Shown here in pieces: positions 40,606 to 53,119 of a DNA stretch of 64,000 nt. The position numbers and the translations under genes were made by a program. Position 1 is the stretch's first letter, and each line of letters opens with the position of its first letter. The DNA is taken from assembly GCA_951406725.2 (NCBI GenBank), contig OX597817.1, forward strand, positions 10,726,001 to 10,790,000, in the 5' to 3' direction. The notes under the pieces are model-generated. The model made no database searches. It had not been told where the DNA came from and saw only the letters and a program-made list of their open reading frames with translations. Origin of the DNA: Octopus vulgaris. Its lineage: Eukaryota.

Positions 40606-40820
40606 CGTTGTGTCTGTGTTTGTCCCCCCCCCACCATCGCTTGACAAGCGATGTTGGTCTGTTTACGGCTCCATAACTTAGCAGTTCAGCAAAAGAAAAC
40701 CGATAGAAAATGTACTGGGCTTGCAAAGAATAAGTCATGGAGTCGATTTCTTTTACTAAAACCCTTTAAGGCAGTGCTCCAGCATGGCCGCAGTCAAATT
40801 TCTGAAGCAAGTAAAAGAAT
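39623..40820 (+). mobile_element. SINE family C split by a CR1 insertion in its internal (TATG)n
   Basis: 5' half at 39623-39904, 3' half at 40546-40820. Confidence 0.85.
39905..40545 (-). pseudogene. CR1-clade LINE 3' fragment (ORF2 C-terminus, 40017-40545) with (TTA)n tail
   Basis: LYTAMVRPHLEFASSVWNPY...LESVQRRATK...RGHAYKV...FFTLRV...NKLP is a typical CR1 ORF2 C-terminus. Confidence 0.9.
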
Positions 40821-41829
40821 AAAAAAATATCTAATAATGTAATGAAGCTAAAATAAAACCTTGATTCTATATTTGATCTTATAACGACATCCAGGTAAAT
40901 TCTTGACCTAATAACATTTAATTGCTGAAGTTTTACTATAATAAACGAACGAAATATTTCACCTGTTCTTCAGTTCACTTTAGTCATTACGGCTAAAGCT
41001 ATGATATAGATTCTGACTACACACATGTATGGTAACTTATTTGACTAGGCAGCGAAAATTAGTCATAACCCGAACCACGACCAACTGAAGCCTATTTTCG
41101 TGTCTTTAGAAAGAGTGTGTCTGTGTGTGTGTGGACGCACGTATTTATATCTATAAATTTTGCCTTCCTTTCATATGTGTCTAAGTGTGTACTCATGCGT
41201 GTCTCATTCTCTGGTTTCAAAAATCAGAATAGCGAAGGTTATGATGTGAGTGATAGTCACTGCTACATTATAGCGATGGTGAAATCATTTGTACACTATA
41301 CTGAGACACACTTATCGACAATATGCTATTATAATATTATAATGTTTAAACTGTATCGAGGTAGAGGAATAAAGAAAAAAAAAACCCACAATATTCTATC
41401 ATGAAATGACATGCAAATAAGCAACACCGTTACTTTCACAAAGGTATATGCTCCATTCCAAAATACTTTTCTAACAACCGTTAAGCTTACAGTGTGTTAT
41501 TTCTATTTTGTTTTTCTATACCGGATAATTATTTACTCATCAAGCTCTCGCTATCTCTTCTCGGCTATCGGTGAGACTGAAGCGTGTCGTTCACATCTGA
41601 CACATAGAATGACTCAGTTGCTTTGTTAGGACGGACGTAGAACTCAAGCGACATCAAACTATTATTGTCAGCTTGGGGTTTTCCGTCTATCAACAAAGTT
41701 TACATCCAAAATTGGATAGTAAGGTTTTGTTTTTCATTTTGTTAATGAGTCATTGGAAGCAAAGAGACGAACTCAGTCTTTTAGTATGTGGTTAGGAAAG
41801 TGAAAATTAAGTTGATTTAATGTAATTAA

Positions 41830-42230
41830 TAATGGTTTCAAATATTGGCACAGGGGCAGTAATTTCGAAGGAAGAGGTATGTCGATTAAATCGACCCCAG
41901 TGCTCGACTGGTATTTATTTTATCGACCCGGAAAGGATCAAAGACAAAGTCGATCACGGTGGAATTTGATTTCATAACGTAAAGACAGACAAGATACCTA
42001 TTTCTTTACTACCCACAAGGGGCTAGACACAGAGAGGGTAAACAAAGACAGACAAACGGATTAAGTCGATTATATCGACCCCAGTGCGTAACTGGTACTT
42101 AATTTATCGACCCCGAAAGGATGAAAGGCAAAGTCGACCTCAGCAGAATTTGAACTCAGAACGTAACGGCAGACGAAATACTGCTAAACATTCCGGCCGG
42201 CGTGCTAACGATTCTGCCAGCTCGCCGCCT
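41830..42230 (-). mobile_element. SINE family M dimer (young tail-A unit + old tail-C unit)
   Basis: Junction at 41999. The 3' unit is clearly more diverged. Confidence 0.9.
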
Positions 42231-43130
42231 ATGATTTAATGTAATTAATTAATTAATAATAACGAATAACTGTTTAACATAAAGTGATATCAGGCCGTGT
42301 TTCCAGTCTCGTCGGCGGGTCTATATCTTTCTGTTTCAGATTAGTGTTTATAATGTCAAATAATAGTTAAGATTTTCTATAAATGAGTGACTGGTGTCAT
42401 AGATTAAAGCTTAAGCTTTCGGTGAACTGAAATTTCGACTCAGATTTATTACTTGTTTACCATAATTTCTTTCCCTTATCATGAATGCCCTTCAGAAAAG
42501 CATCAACATTATACAGTCTCGTACCATATCCCCTTTAACTCTATGTTTGTCTAAATAGAAAAATCAGTTTGTCAGCAAATATAGTGCAATGGAAAGATAA
42601 ACAACTGTAAGTCGTGAGAAACGTTGGACTGAATTGAGGTGGGTGAGATTGCTGCGTGGTTTTAGTCTGGAAAATAGAATGAAAATGCTTGTTGTAATCA
42701 TTACAGAAAATATATTCTTTCGTCTACTGAGATAGACTGTAAATGGCGAATCTTTTGTTATAATCCTCTTCAGTATATTGAGTACAGCTGTTTCAAATTT
42801 CTTGTCCTAATAGCTATCAAGTGTCTTCTGCAATTCGAATAACATCACTAGATAACAGAATCCAGTTATAAACCTAGACATTGTTAACAAATGATAAATT
42901 TACAAATTTTGTACCGTCTCAATAAGAGATCTTCTATTCAACCCCATTTGTTAAGTCATTCGAGAAAGAAAAAAATTGCATTTTTTCCTATTTTCTTTTT
43001 CACTGAAATTTCTTTCTCTCTTCTTTTCTTTAAATACCGCAAACTTTCCTGACAGCGGCAGCTGTTTTTCAAATTTTCTATTGCCTATCAAAAGTTAATA
43101 AGTTTCTCAGATATGAATGGACAATTTCTG

Positions 43131-43207
<77 letters not shown>

Positions 43208-43222
43208 TGTGTGTGTCTGTGT

Positions 43223-43264
<42 letters not shown>

Positions 43265-43550
43265 TGTCTAATATCTTTTAACTCATTGCCGGTTATTAGT
43301 TTCTTCAAGCATGGTTTGGAGAATGATTTCTAATTTTTAAAAAATTGCTGAAGACGTATTTCTATAACATTTACCATTTTCGTTTCGTCTGAGAGATGAG
43401 AAGATGGCAGAAATAATAGAGCACTGGATATAATGAATTCCCATGTTTGTCATCTCCTTCTCTGTTCTGAGTTCCATATCTGCTGGAGTCGATTTGTTTT
43501 GTCGTACCTCTAGGTTTAATAATAATAATAATAATAATAATAACAATAAT

Positions 43551-45865
43551 TCATTCTTTTATTGGCCACAAGGGCTCACATAAAATTATATTAAAAGGCA
43601 TACAACAACATAAAAGACAAAAACAGGACGATACAATGGGTTTTACAACGTGTAAACAATATAAATAACACTTAAAAATTAAACAATTTAAAACTCCCAA
43701 TAGGGGAGGCGCTTCAAGGACCTCGCGGAAAAACCCACAGAAATCACGGGTGCCTGAACAACAGGGCAAAAGCCCTTCTCATTTTGTTTACAGGTGCACG
43801 CTCAAAAGTGGTCCTTTCACACTGGCCATTCTTCCAACATTCACCCGCCTTTCAACAAACTTGCTACAAGGTAACACTTCCTTCTCCACCCTCAACTTCC
43901 ATTTCAAGTGAAACGTGAAAAAGTTGATGATGGCTTGGTCAAAGAGGATAGTATCTGTCTTTGGCCCTTTCAAACGGGCACACCATATTACCTCTTTCGC
44001 TACAGCCATTAGACAAATAAATATTGCCTGCCTCTCCCAGCCAAAAGAGGGTGGAGGAGCAATCCTCACAATGGATTCAGCTGATAGCCGGGTCAGTCCC
44101 ACACGCGACAGCAGGTGTTCGACATAAACCCACAGCTCAGCAATACTCGGGCACTGGACTAGGACGTGCAGAACGGTTTCATCGTTCTGGGTGCACCTCG
44201 GGCAGGCCCAGCTGACGGCACTTCCGTGCCAGTAAAGTTTATCCCGAACAGGCAGCGCCCCTCGGTAACACTGCCAGGCAAGGGATTTCTGGAAGTTATC
44301 CATAGGCCCAGACCCGAAAGTTCTCCGAAATAGACCGGTTAGTTGATCTTCATCGACGCCCAGAGTTTCCCCGAGAACATCATCGCACTTCCTCTCCACT
44401 AGCCCTCTATAGAATGCTAGAGTAGAACTACCACTGACCGTATTGCCCGCCTGGTGGAGGGCTGTGAGGCTTGACGGCACTCGAGGTGCCAAGCGCCCCT
44501 CCTCGGTCTACGCCTAATGCAGGTTTGCAGCTCAGTTAAAGAAACGAGCTGTAGAAAAGCGTGTCTTACAAACAGCTTTCTCTCGGCCCATTCCTGAGTG
44601 AGATTGGTTACCCTGCTTGTCACCTCGTCCCAGTTTTTCTCCAGCTGGGAGTCTGGACCAAACCAAACTCCAAGCAACATAACGGGACCGTCTATCCAGC
44701 GCCCCACCACGCTGTTGGACGGCATGGACTTGCCTCTCCAGCTGCCGAGTTGCAAGCCCATTGACTTTTCCGCGTTAATTTTTGCTCCTGTCAAAGCTTC
44801 ATATTCCTGTAGTGTTACACCAATCAGGTCTATATGCCTGTGGCGCGACACTATGACGGTGACATCATCAGCGTAAGCAGACACATTTCTCCCACATCCT
44901 AGATCACGTGGGGCACCCCTCAAAGCCTCCAACTTTCGCAGTAATGGCTCAAGAGTCAGTATATACAGAAGGAAGGAGAGAGGGTACCTTTGACAGACGG
45001 AAAGCAAGATGCTGAATGGCTCCGACAGGTGACCCATCACCCAAACAACCGAGCAGATGCCGCTGTACAAAGCTGTACAGTGATCCAACAGCAGAAAAAT
45101 GGACTGAAACCGGCTGCACGGAGGACAGCTACCAAGTATTGATGGTCGACCCTTTCAAAAGCTTTAGATTGATCTAAATTGATCAGAGCCCCACCCATGT
45201 CAGCTTCGTTGCCTACCTTCCCTATGATATAGTTAGTGCATAAGATGGAGATTATCGTGAAAACTCCTGGTTGGGATGGTGCAAGTTTGCACCTCGCCAA
45301 CCTTTTGGCTAACACTTTGGTCAAAATCTCCAACTCTGCATTGAGCAGAGTGATGCGCCTGAAATTCTCTATAACGTTCCCCTTGTTTGTGTCCTTTCTC
45401 AGCAGTGCCACTACCCCTCGACAGACAAAAGTGAGACTTCTCCCCATTTTGCTGACAGTTGCAGTAGACGTTTGCTAAGAAGCCCGCAAACAAATCTGGC
45501 AGAGAAGTATAAAGCTCGTAGGGCAGACCATCCAAACCCAGCGATCTACCTCTCTGCAACTCTTCATCGCTTCCTGTATTTCCACTCCGCCTTGCTGGCC
45601 GAGAGATGTGACAGGCCGTCCATGTAGACACCGAAGTCTACTCTGTTATCCATCCTACCATTCGTCCCGAAAAGTCGAGTAAAGTGCCGCTGAAAAGCCG
45701 CACACATCTGTTTCGGCTCGAACACCACGCATCCACTCTGGTCCACCAAAAACCGAATGGTGGTTTTATTTCCACTTTTCGCCTCCGACACGCGAGCCCA
45801 TCGTGACGCTTTCGTTCCCTCCCCGCTTGGTGAAGTGCCTTAGCTCTGACAACGCAGATAAACAT
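43551..45865 (-). mobile_element. Tx1/L1-like LINE, 5'-truncated, ORF2 (RT + zf-RVT) disrupted
   Basis: FRRITLLN, LDQSKAFERVDH, AYADDV and CPRC...ETVLHVLVQC motifs across frames. The 3' UTR ends AGCCCTTGTGGCCAATAAAAAGAA followed by (ATT)n. Confidence 0.9.
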
Positions 45866-46009
45866 TGCCAGACAGGAAATAGAGACTCGGACATGGCTTA
45901 GAAAATATTTTTCATTTTTAACCTCGTATATAGTACACACTAGGGATGTTGACCTTTAAATTTTGGGGGAAAATGCGGATTATACACGAAGATTTACGGT
46001 AAGAGGTAA

Positions 46010-46192
46010 CAACCTTACCGTGGAACAAGCTGCCAGACGAGATGGTGAAGATGCCGACGACCGCTTTGTTCAAAGCCTCCCTGGACCTCAAGTGGCCTGA
46101 ACTCTTTACATGAACACCACCCTGTACTTAACTCCATGTCCCCCTACATGGCCTTGCTATTTGCTTTTCAGCCAAATTAACTAACTAACTAA
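46010..46192 (+). pseudogene. CR1-like LINE 3' end with (TAAC)n tail
   Basis: WNKLPDEMVKMPTTALFKASLDLKW, then a short UTR and TAACTAACTAAC. Confidence 0.65.
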
Positions 46193-46193
46193 C

Positions 46194-46392
46194 CATAGGA
46201 TACCTGGCACTCTAGAAGGAATAGCCAAAATCCAAACCACTTTTAGGGATAAATTTCGAAGAGAATGACAAATAAAACCATTTACCATCTATTTCCTGGA
46301 CCATGGTTTCTGACTTTAAATTAGCAAATTATTTTATCCCTGATAGTGGTTTGGATTTTGGCTATTCCTTCTAGCGTGCCAGGTATCCTATG
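46194..46392. repeat. ~60-bp inverted repeat
   Basis: CATAGGATACCTGGCAC...GGGATAAA (46194-46253) versus TTTATCCC...GTGCCAGGTATCCTATG (46333-46392). Confidence 0.85.
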
Positions 46393-46528
46393 ATTGATAC
46401 TTCTTGTGTGTTTAAATGTACACTGCATTTTATATGAATAATAAATAGTCTATTGACTAATTTTTCCACACGCTAGGCTACTGGTAGTAAAAATTTCTAA
46501 AATGTTTTCTTACCCTGATATTTTATAC

Positions 46529-46600
<72 letters not shown>

Positions 46601-46603
<3 letters not shown>

Positions 46604-46798
46604 TAATCCAAACATGAAAACACAAAGAGAAAACACAACAACGCGAGGACGTGGAACAAATATAGTATTATTGGACGCTCAGGAAGGAAGGGTTAACGTT
46701 TCGAGCGGAGCTCTTCGTCGGAAACATATGAGAGGGAAAGACCCAGAGAAGGGAAGACAGGGGGAAAAAAAATCGCCAACGGTACACACGCTGTCACA
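46601..46798 (-). mobile_element. Second Penelope-like pseudo-LTR copy, hammerhead core mutated
   Basis: Homologous to 37385-37590. The core reads CCGACGA instead of CTGACGA. Confidence 0.7.
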
Positions 46799-46870
46799 TT
46801 TTGAATATGATAAGATGGCTTCTATACTTTACATTATCGAGCGATTACTGTTTCAATCTCATTCTGAGAT

Positions 46871-46932
<62 letters not shown>

Positions 46933-47833
46933 CTTTCTGATGTTTTACTCCAATTGAAACTCAGTTATTTATTTTAAGTTTTAAACTTAATGTTCAGACA
47001 GAGTTTTAATCTTTACAAGATTTTAATCTAGGAAAAGAAAAGAAAAACAAATTACAATTCCTATGCATCAGATTTCCCTTCTGAATGTGTTAAATTGACC
47101 TCACAGTTCACTATTTAACGGTCAGTTCAAAATCACAATTTGAGACTGGTGATGGTCAGTTAGCATCGTCCGCTAATCTATCCAACATCTTACCACGATA
47201 AACCTTATCAATTCAGTAATTTCGGTCAATATTCCCTACGATAGTTCACTTTGTTCATGTCTTATTTACTGAAACAATTGGAAATATTGGAGTAGACTCA
47301 AGAAAATTTTGCAGTTCTTGCCAAAACAACAGCTACGAATAAAAAGCGGAGAGATTGTGTCCTTACAAAAATACAAAGAATATCATGTCCGGTTGCAATC
47401 GACAGTTGCTTCGCAGGAAGGGGACGGCTAAAATTTATTATACTTACAATAGGATCTCGCATATATAATACAGTAAAATATAAATAAAAATTAAATTTGC
47501 TTACATTATCCATGCAATCAGTAAACAAAAATACAGGAGTGTTTAAAATCTAAAAATAACAAGCATTGAATGTAACTGAAATAAAATCAACAAGCTGTTT
47601 TTTCGTTATTTTTTGGGGTTTTTTTAAATAAAAATGCAAATGGGAATGGATCTGGTCTTCGAAGGCAACCAGTGAAAGTAACGGATGTGTTCCAGTCTTA
47701 TTAGAACTGCTCAGTTGGTAAGACTTAAAACAGAAATTACATGCAGAAATTGTTTATAGAAAGAGAGGAAACAGAAAATTTGATTATGAAATCTAGAATA
47801 TGGCTAAGATAATACGGCATGCAATACCACAAA

Positions 47834-48219
47834 TGGAGGTGCAATGGCCCAGTGGTTAGAGCAGCGGACTCGCGGTCATAGGATCGCGGTTTCGATTCCC
47901 AGACCGGGCGTTGTGAGTGTTTATTGAGCAAAAGCACCTAAAGCTCCACGAGGCTCCGGCAGGGGATGGTGGTGATCCCTGCCGTACTCTTTCACCACAA
48001 CTTTCTCTCACTCTTACTTCCTGTTTCTGTTGTACCTGTATTTCAAAGGGCCGGCCTTGTCACTCTCTGTGTCACGCTGAATATCCCCGAGAACTACGTT
48101 AAGGGTACACGTGTCTGTGGAGTGCTCGGCCACTTTACACGTTAATTTCACGAGCAGGCTGTTCCGTTGATTCGGATCAACCGGAACCCTCATCGTCGTA
48201 ACCGACGGAGTGCTTCCAT
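47834..48219 (+). mobile_element. tRNA-derived SINE, family V head with alternative 3' half
   Basis: A box TGGCCCAGTGG and B box GGTTTCGATTCC. Diverges from the 1299/53362 copies after ...CTCTCACTCTT. Confidence 0.85.
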
Positions 48220-49397
48220 CCACCACAGGAACGTGTATTGCATGCAAAAAAATATACACACAACTTGGTCTGATGTATGTAATATAGTGAATAGAAAAAA
48301 TTCTTTTAACTGAGATCGGTTTTGTCTTTTATCTTCCAAATACTTCAAATACCTGATTATATAGAAGTTACCTTCTTTGCATGTTGTTTTCAGATTTTAA
48401 ACATACCCTGGAGGAAGTTCTTATCTTCTGACTGCATGGATAATCTCAGTTAATCGGAGTTCTGTAAACTCACTATATTACATATGCATGCAATATAGTG
48501 TATATGTACTTAGGATGCAGAATACTTCCCTGGGGTTCTTTCCGTAAGCCAGCATACATTATCAGTAAAATCTATTACTTCGGTTCCTTGTATACAATAA
48601 CCTTTTTTCCCATGTGCCTCTTATACACACCATCATCTTTCTTACACATTGTTTCTCTCACCAACTTTTTATTATTATTTTACAGACTTATTTATAGCAT
48701 ATTTTTTTTTTTTCTTTTAATACATTACACGTTTTCTGTCGTATTTCTAGATTTTTCCCATTTATTTCCTCTATTACAGTTTCTCTATATTCGCAGAGAA
48801 AAACAAAATTACCGTCAGTGGAAACAAGTGATTTGTCTGAATAAGCAAATGAATAAATAAATGAATTTTAAAATCAGTTAAAACAATTTATAATATTGAA
48901 TAAGTTTGAACTTATTCAATTTTAAGTATTACATTTTCTATTTCGGGGTTTCCATTCTTTCGGTATTACATTTTTTACCTATTATTTTTCTCTCTTTTTC
49001 AATTTTCTTTTTTAGTTTTTTCTTCCCGCTTTTACTTCGTAATTCTTTCCACTATTTTCACAGCTTAGACTTTCCCTCGCTTCTCGTCAATTCTCTCGTT
49101 TCGTCTCATCTTACACAACTTCCCGCTCCTCAAATATAATTCAACAGGCAGCAACGATGACTGATTAAAACAGTCGCAGAGCCAGTTCTTTAACAGCCGG
49201 AAACAATTGACTCAAGGAGTGGCTTACCACTTATTCAAACGAGATACACAACGAACAAAACTGATAACATAGCATACAACCTTTTTATTGCTGCCAGGTC
49301 AAAGATATTACCATTTAATAAATTATTTCTAACACAGGAACACAATTTGCGAGGAAGAAAAGTAAATTAAGTCAGCTTTGCCACTTCCCTGATACTT

Positions 49398-49805
49398 ACT
49401 CTTTTTACTCTTTTCCTTGTTTCAGTCATTTGACTGCGGCCATGCTGGAGCACCGCCTTTTAGTCGAGCAAATCGATCCCGGGACTTATTCTTTGTAAGC
49501 CCAGTACTTATTTTATCGGGCTCTTTTGCCGAACCGCTAAGTAACGGGGACGTAAACACACCAGCATCGGTTGTCAAGCAATGCTAGGGGGACAAACACA
49601 GACACACAAACACATACACACACATATATATATACATATATACGACAGGCTTCTTTCAGTTTCCGTCTACCAAATCCACTCACAAGGCATTGGTCGGCCC
49701 GGGGCTATAGCAGAAGACACTTGCCCAAGATGCCACGCAGTGGGACTGAACCCGGAACCATGTGAATGGTTAGCAAGCTACTTACCACACAGCCACTCCT
49801 GCACC
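49398..49805 (-). mobile_element. SINE family C
   Basis: Homologous to 27093-27496. Confidence 0.9.
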
Positions 49806-50062
49806 TATTTCAGAATGAAAATCAAACGGATCTGAACTCACATAAAGAAACGTAATTATATATTGGTTTCAAATTTTAGCACAAAGCCAGCAATTTCGAG
49901 GTAGACGTAAGTCGATTACATCGACCTCAGTGTTCAAGTGGTACTTATTTTATCGACCCCGAAAGAGATGAAAAGCAACTTCGACCTCGATAGAATTTGA
50001 ACCCAGAACGTAAAGACAGACGAAATATTTTTAAGCATTTTACCCGACGTGCGAACGATTCT

Positions 50063-51396
50063 TATTTCTTTATTGCCCACAAGGGGTTAAACATAGAGGG
50101 GACAAACAAGAACAAAGGTATTAAGTCGATTACATCAACCCCAGTGAGTAACTGGTACTTAATTAATCGACCCCGAAAGGATGAAAGGCAAAGTCGACCT
50201 CGGCGGAATTTGAACTCATAACGTAGCGGCAGACGAAATACCTATTTCTTTACTACCCACAAGGGGCTACACACAGAGAGGAAAAACAAGGACAGACAAA
50301 GGGATTAAGTCGATTATATCGACCCCAGTGCGTAACTGGTACTTAATTTATCGACTCCGAAAGGATGAAAGGCAAAGTCGACCTCGGCGGAATTTGAACT
50401 CATAACGTAGCGGCAGACGAAATACCTATTTCTTTACTACCCACAAGGGGCTACACACAGAGAGGAAAAACAAGGACAGACAAAGGGATTAAGTCGATTA
50501 TATCGACCCCAGTGCGTAACTGGTACTTAATTTATCGACTCCGAAAGGATGAAAGGCAAAGTCGATCTCGGCGGAATTTGAACTCATAACGTAACGGCAG
50601 ACGAAATACCTATTTCTTTACTACCCACAAGGGGCTACACACAGAGAGGAAAAACAAGGACAGACAAAGGGATTAAGTCGATTATATCGACCCCAGTGCG
50701 TAACTGGTACTTAATTTATCGACTCCGAAAGGATGAAAGGCAAAGTCGACCTCGGCGGAATTTGAACTCATAACGTAGCGGCAGACGAAATACCTATTTC
50801 TTTACTACCCACAAGGGGCTACACACAGAGAGGAAAAACAAGGACAGACAAAGGGATTAAGTCGATTATATCGACCCCAGTGCGTAACTGGTACTTAATT
50901 TATCGACTCCGAAAGGATGAAAGGCAAAGTCGATCTCGGCGGAATTTGAACTCATAACGTAGCGGCAGACGAAATACCTATTTCTTTACTACCCACAAGG
51001 GGCTACACACAGAGAGGAAAAACAAGGACAGACAAAGGGATTAAGTCGATTATATCGACCCCAGTGCGTAACTGGTACTTAATTTATCGACTCCGAAAGG
51101 ATGAAAGGCAAAGTCGACCTCGGCGGAATTTGAACTCATAACGTAGCGGCAGACGAAATACCTATTTCTTTACTACCCACAAGGGGCTACACACAGAGAG
51201 GAAAAACAAGGACAGACAAAGGGATTAAGTCGATTATATCGACCCCAGTGCGTAACTGGTACTTAATTTATCGACTCCGAAAGGATGAAAGGCAAAGTCG
51301 TTCTCGGCGGAATTTGAACTCATAACGTAACGGCAGACGAATAAATGCTAGGCATTTATTCGTCTGCCGTGCTAACGTTTCTGCCAGCTCACCACC
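50063..51396 (-). repeat. Tandem array of SINE-M units (one 180-bp + six 184-bp) capped by a single SINE head, abutting an older SINE-M copy (49865-50062)
   Basis: Unit starts at 50063, 50243, 50427, 50611, 50795, 50979 and 51163. Confidence 0.95.
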
Positions 51397-51784
51397 TGAG
51401 ATGTAACTATAAAGTGATAGTCATTTTATCCGTCGCTCTACTGATTAGTTCTTGTCACTAAGGCTGACTGTGATATATGTTTGGACTTTTTTTTATAGAT
51501 ATGACACCGCTTTAACAACAATAGTTGCTGCTACAGTTACTTTGAATTGTAATGATATCATCTGACAAACGGTCTATAACGCAGAAATTTTTTTTTCTCG
51601 AGTTCAAGACTTTATAAGGGCGGCTGTTCAGTTTTCATGGCGTGCAAGTGACCGAGTTCACAACATTTCCCTGAACAGGACCTGGTCTGTTTCAGGGTTC
51701 CAGGCCAGCAGTTTTAAGGGGTGGTAGCAAATCGATTACATCGACCCTAATAGTTGATTTCGTCTTTAATTTCTTACATTTCGA

Positions 51785-52422
51785 CAATTTTAACCAATCA
51801 CTGGCGTCTATTGAGTTAAAAAGCATTCTGTGCCGTACGAATATGTCCCTCATTTAAGAAACAAATTGGGTTTATTTACATTTGCGAAGAAAAAAAGATA
51901 CCCTTCCCCCGCCCCTAACCCTAACCCTAACTAACCCTAAATCTAAAATAGATTGAAATGCAATAGATCGATACTTGAGTCATAATTCTGGGTGACAATT
52001 TCATATGACACCGCTAGAGAAAATGGCAGTTTTCTCTAGCGGTGTCATATGAAATTGTCACCATAATTATGACCCTAGTATCGATCTATTGCATTTCAAT
52101 CTATTTTAGATTTAGGGTTAGTTAGGGTGGGGGAAGGGTATCTTTTTTCTTCGCAAATGTAAATAAACCCAATCTGTTTCTTAAACGAGGGACATATTTA
52201 TACGGCACAGAATGTTTTCACCTCAATACATGTCATTGATTGGTAGAAATTGCAGAAATTGAAGAAAAAAAAGCAACAAATATCTTACAAACTATAGAAT
52301 TTTCTCAAGAAAGCCAAGAGAAAATGATGTCTTATAAACACATTCTACCAGTATACGAAGTTTAAAATTTTTTAGTTACCTAGATATTATGTTAAAAACT
52401 GTTTTTCAAACAGAAAAAATCC
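51785..52422. mobile_element. GG-terminal MITE family copy with ~240-bp head-to-head inverted duplication
   Basis: Palindrome centre GCTAGAGAAAA-TGGCAG-TTTTCTCTAGC (52013-52040). The right part is homologous to 56063-56484. Confidence 0.85.
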
Positions 52423-53119
52423 TTACTGGTACCAATGCGAGACAACGAAAGAGCTTCTAAATAATTGCTTGATCCGCTAGAAATACCAGCCAAATCTTCC
52501 TTAATTACAAAAAAGACAAATGCTTAACATGGGCAGTGGTTGTCTTCCCTTGCAAACGTTGTGAGCTAATAAAGAGTGGCAAATACCAAAGGGGACGTTG
52601 CGTGTTTAGAGGGATCGTAATTTTCCTTAGAAATAAAAAAATTTAATATTTTAAATATTTTTGAAAATACCTTTGTCGGTATTTGAATATGAGTAGGACA
52701 TTGAGTTACCAGTGAGCAGAAACATGACTGAAGATACGCCGAGGTACAACATAATTGTCTTCTTTACTATTTTTTATAAAATCTTAACATAGACGATACT
52801 AGTCTTCGTAGTATCTAATAGGCTCAAGCTGGATAGTATAGTTTAAGAAAATATAAACAATGAACTGCTTTTTTCAAAGTATATTTAGAGACGTTTATAA
52901 AAAAAACACTATTCGGTGAAGGAGCGCTGAGTCACAAAAGACTGAGTACCACTAAGAGAATGTCACACTAAATATCCCCAAAAGGCGGGACGGTCATGGA
53001 TGAAACCCTTTTATTATAAGCCAGTTTAGGGTTAAGCACCAGCGACTTCAGCTATTTTTATCTACTGTAGAAGTATGAGAGGCAAATGAGTCATAAGAAT
53101 TTCGTCTCAGATTATAGAA

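Noticed and set aside
47834-47910. tRNA gene
   Set aside because: A and B boxes are present, but the cloverleaf is imperfect and continues into a SINE body found in multiple copies.
50063-51340. Hammerhead retrozyme array
   Set aside because: The unit size fits, but I find no CUGANGA...GAAA core on either strand; the units are SINE-derived.
51913-51940. Telomere or interstitial telomeric repeat
   Set aside because: Only a few TAACCC units, internal to a MITE also present at 56063-56484.
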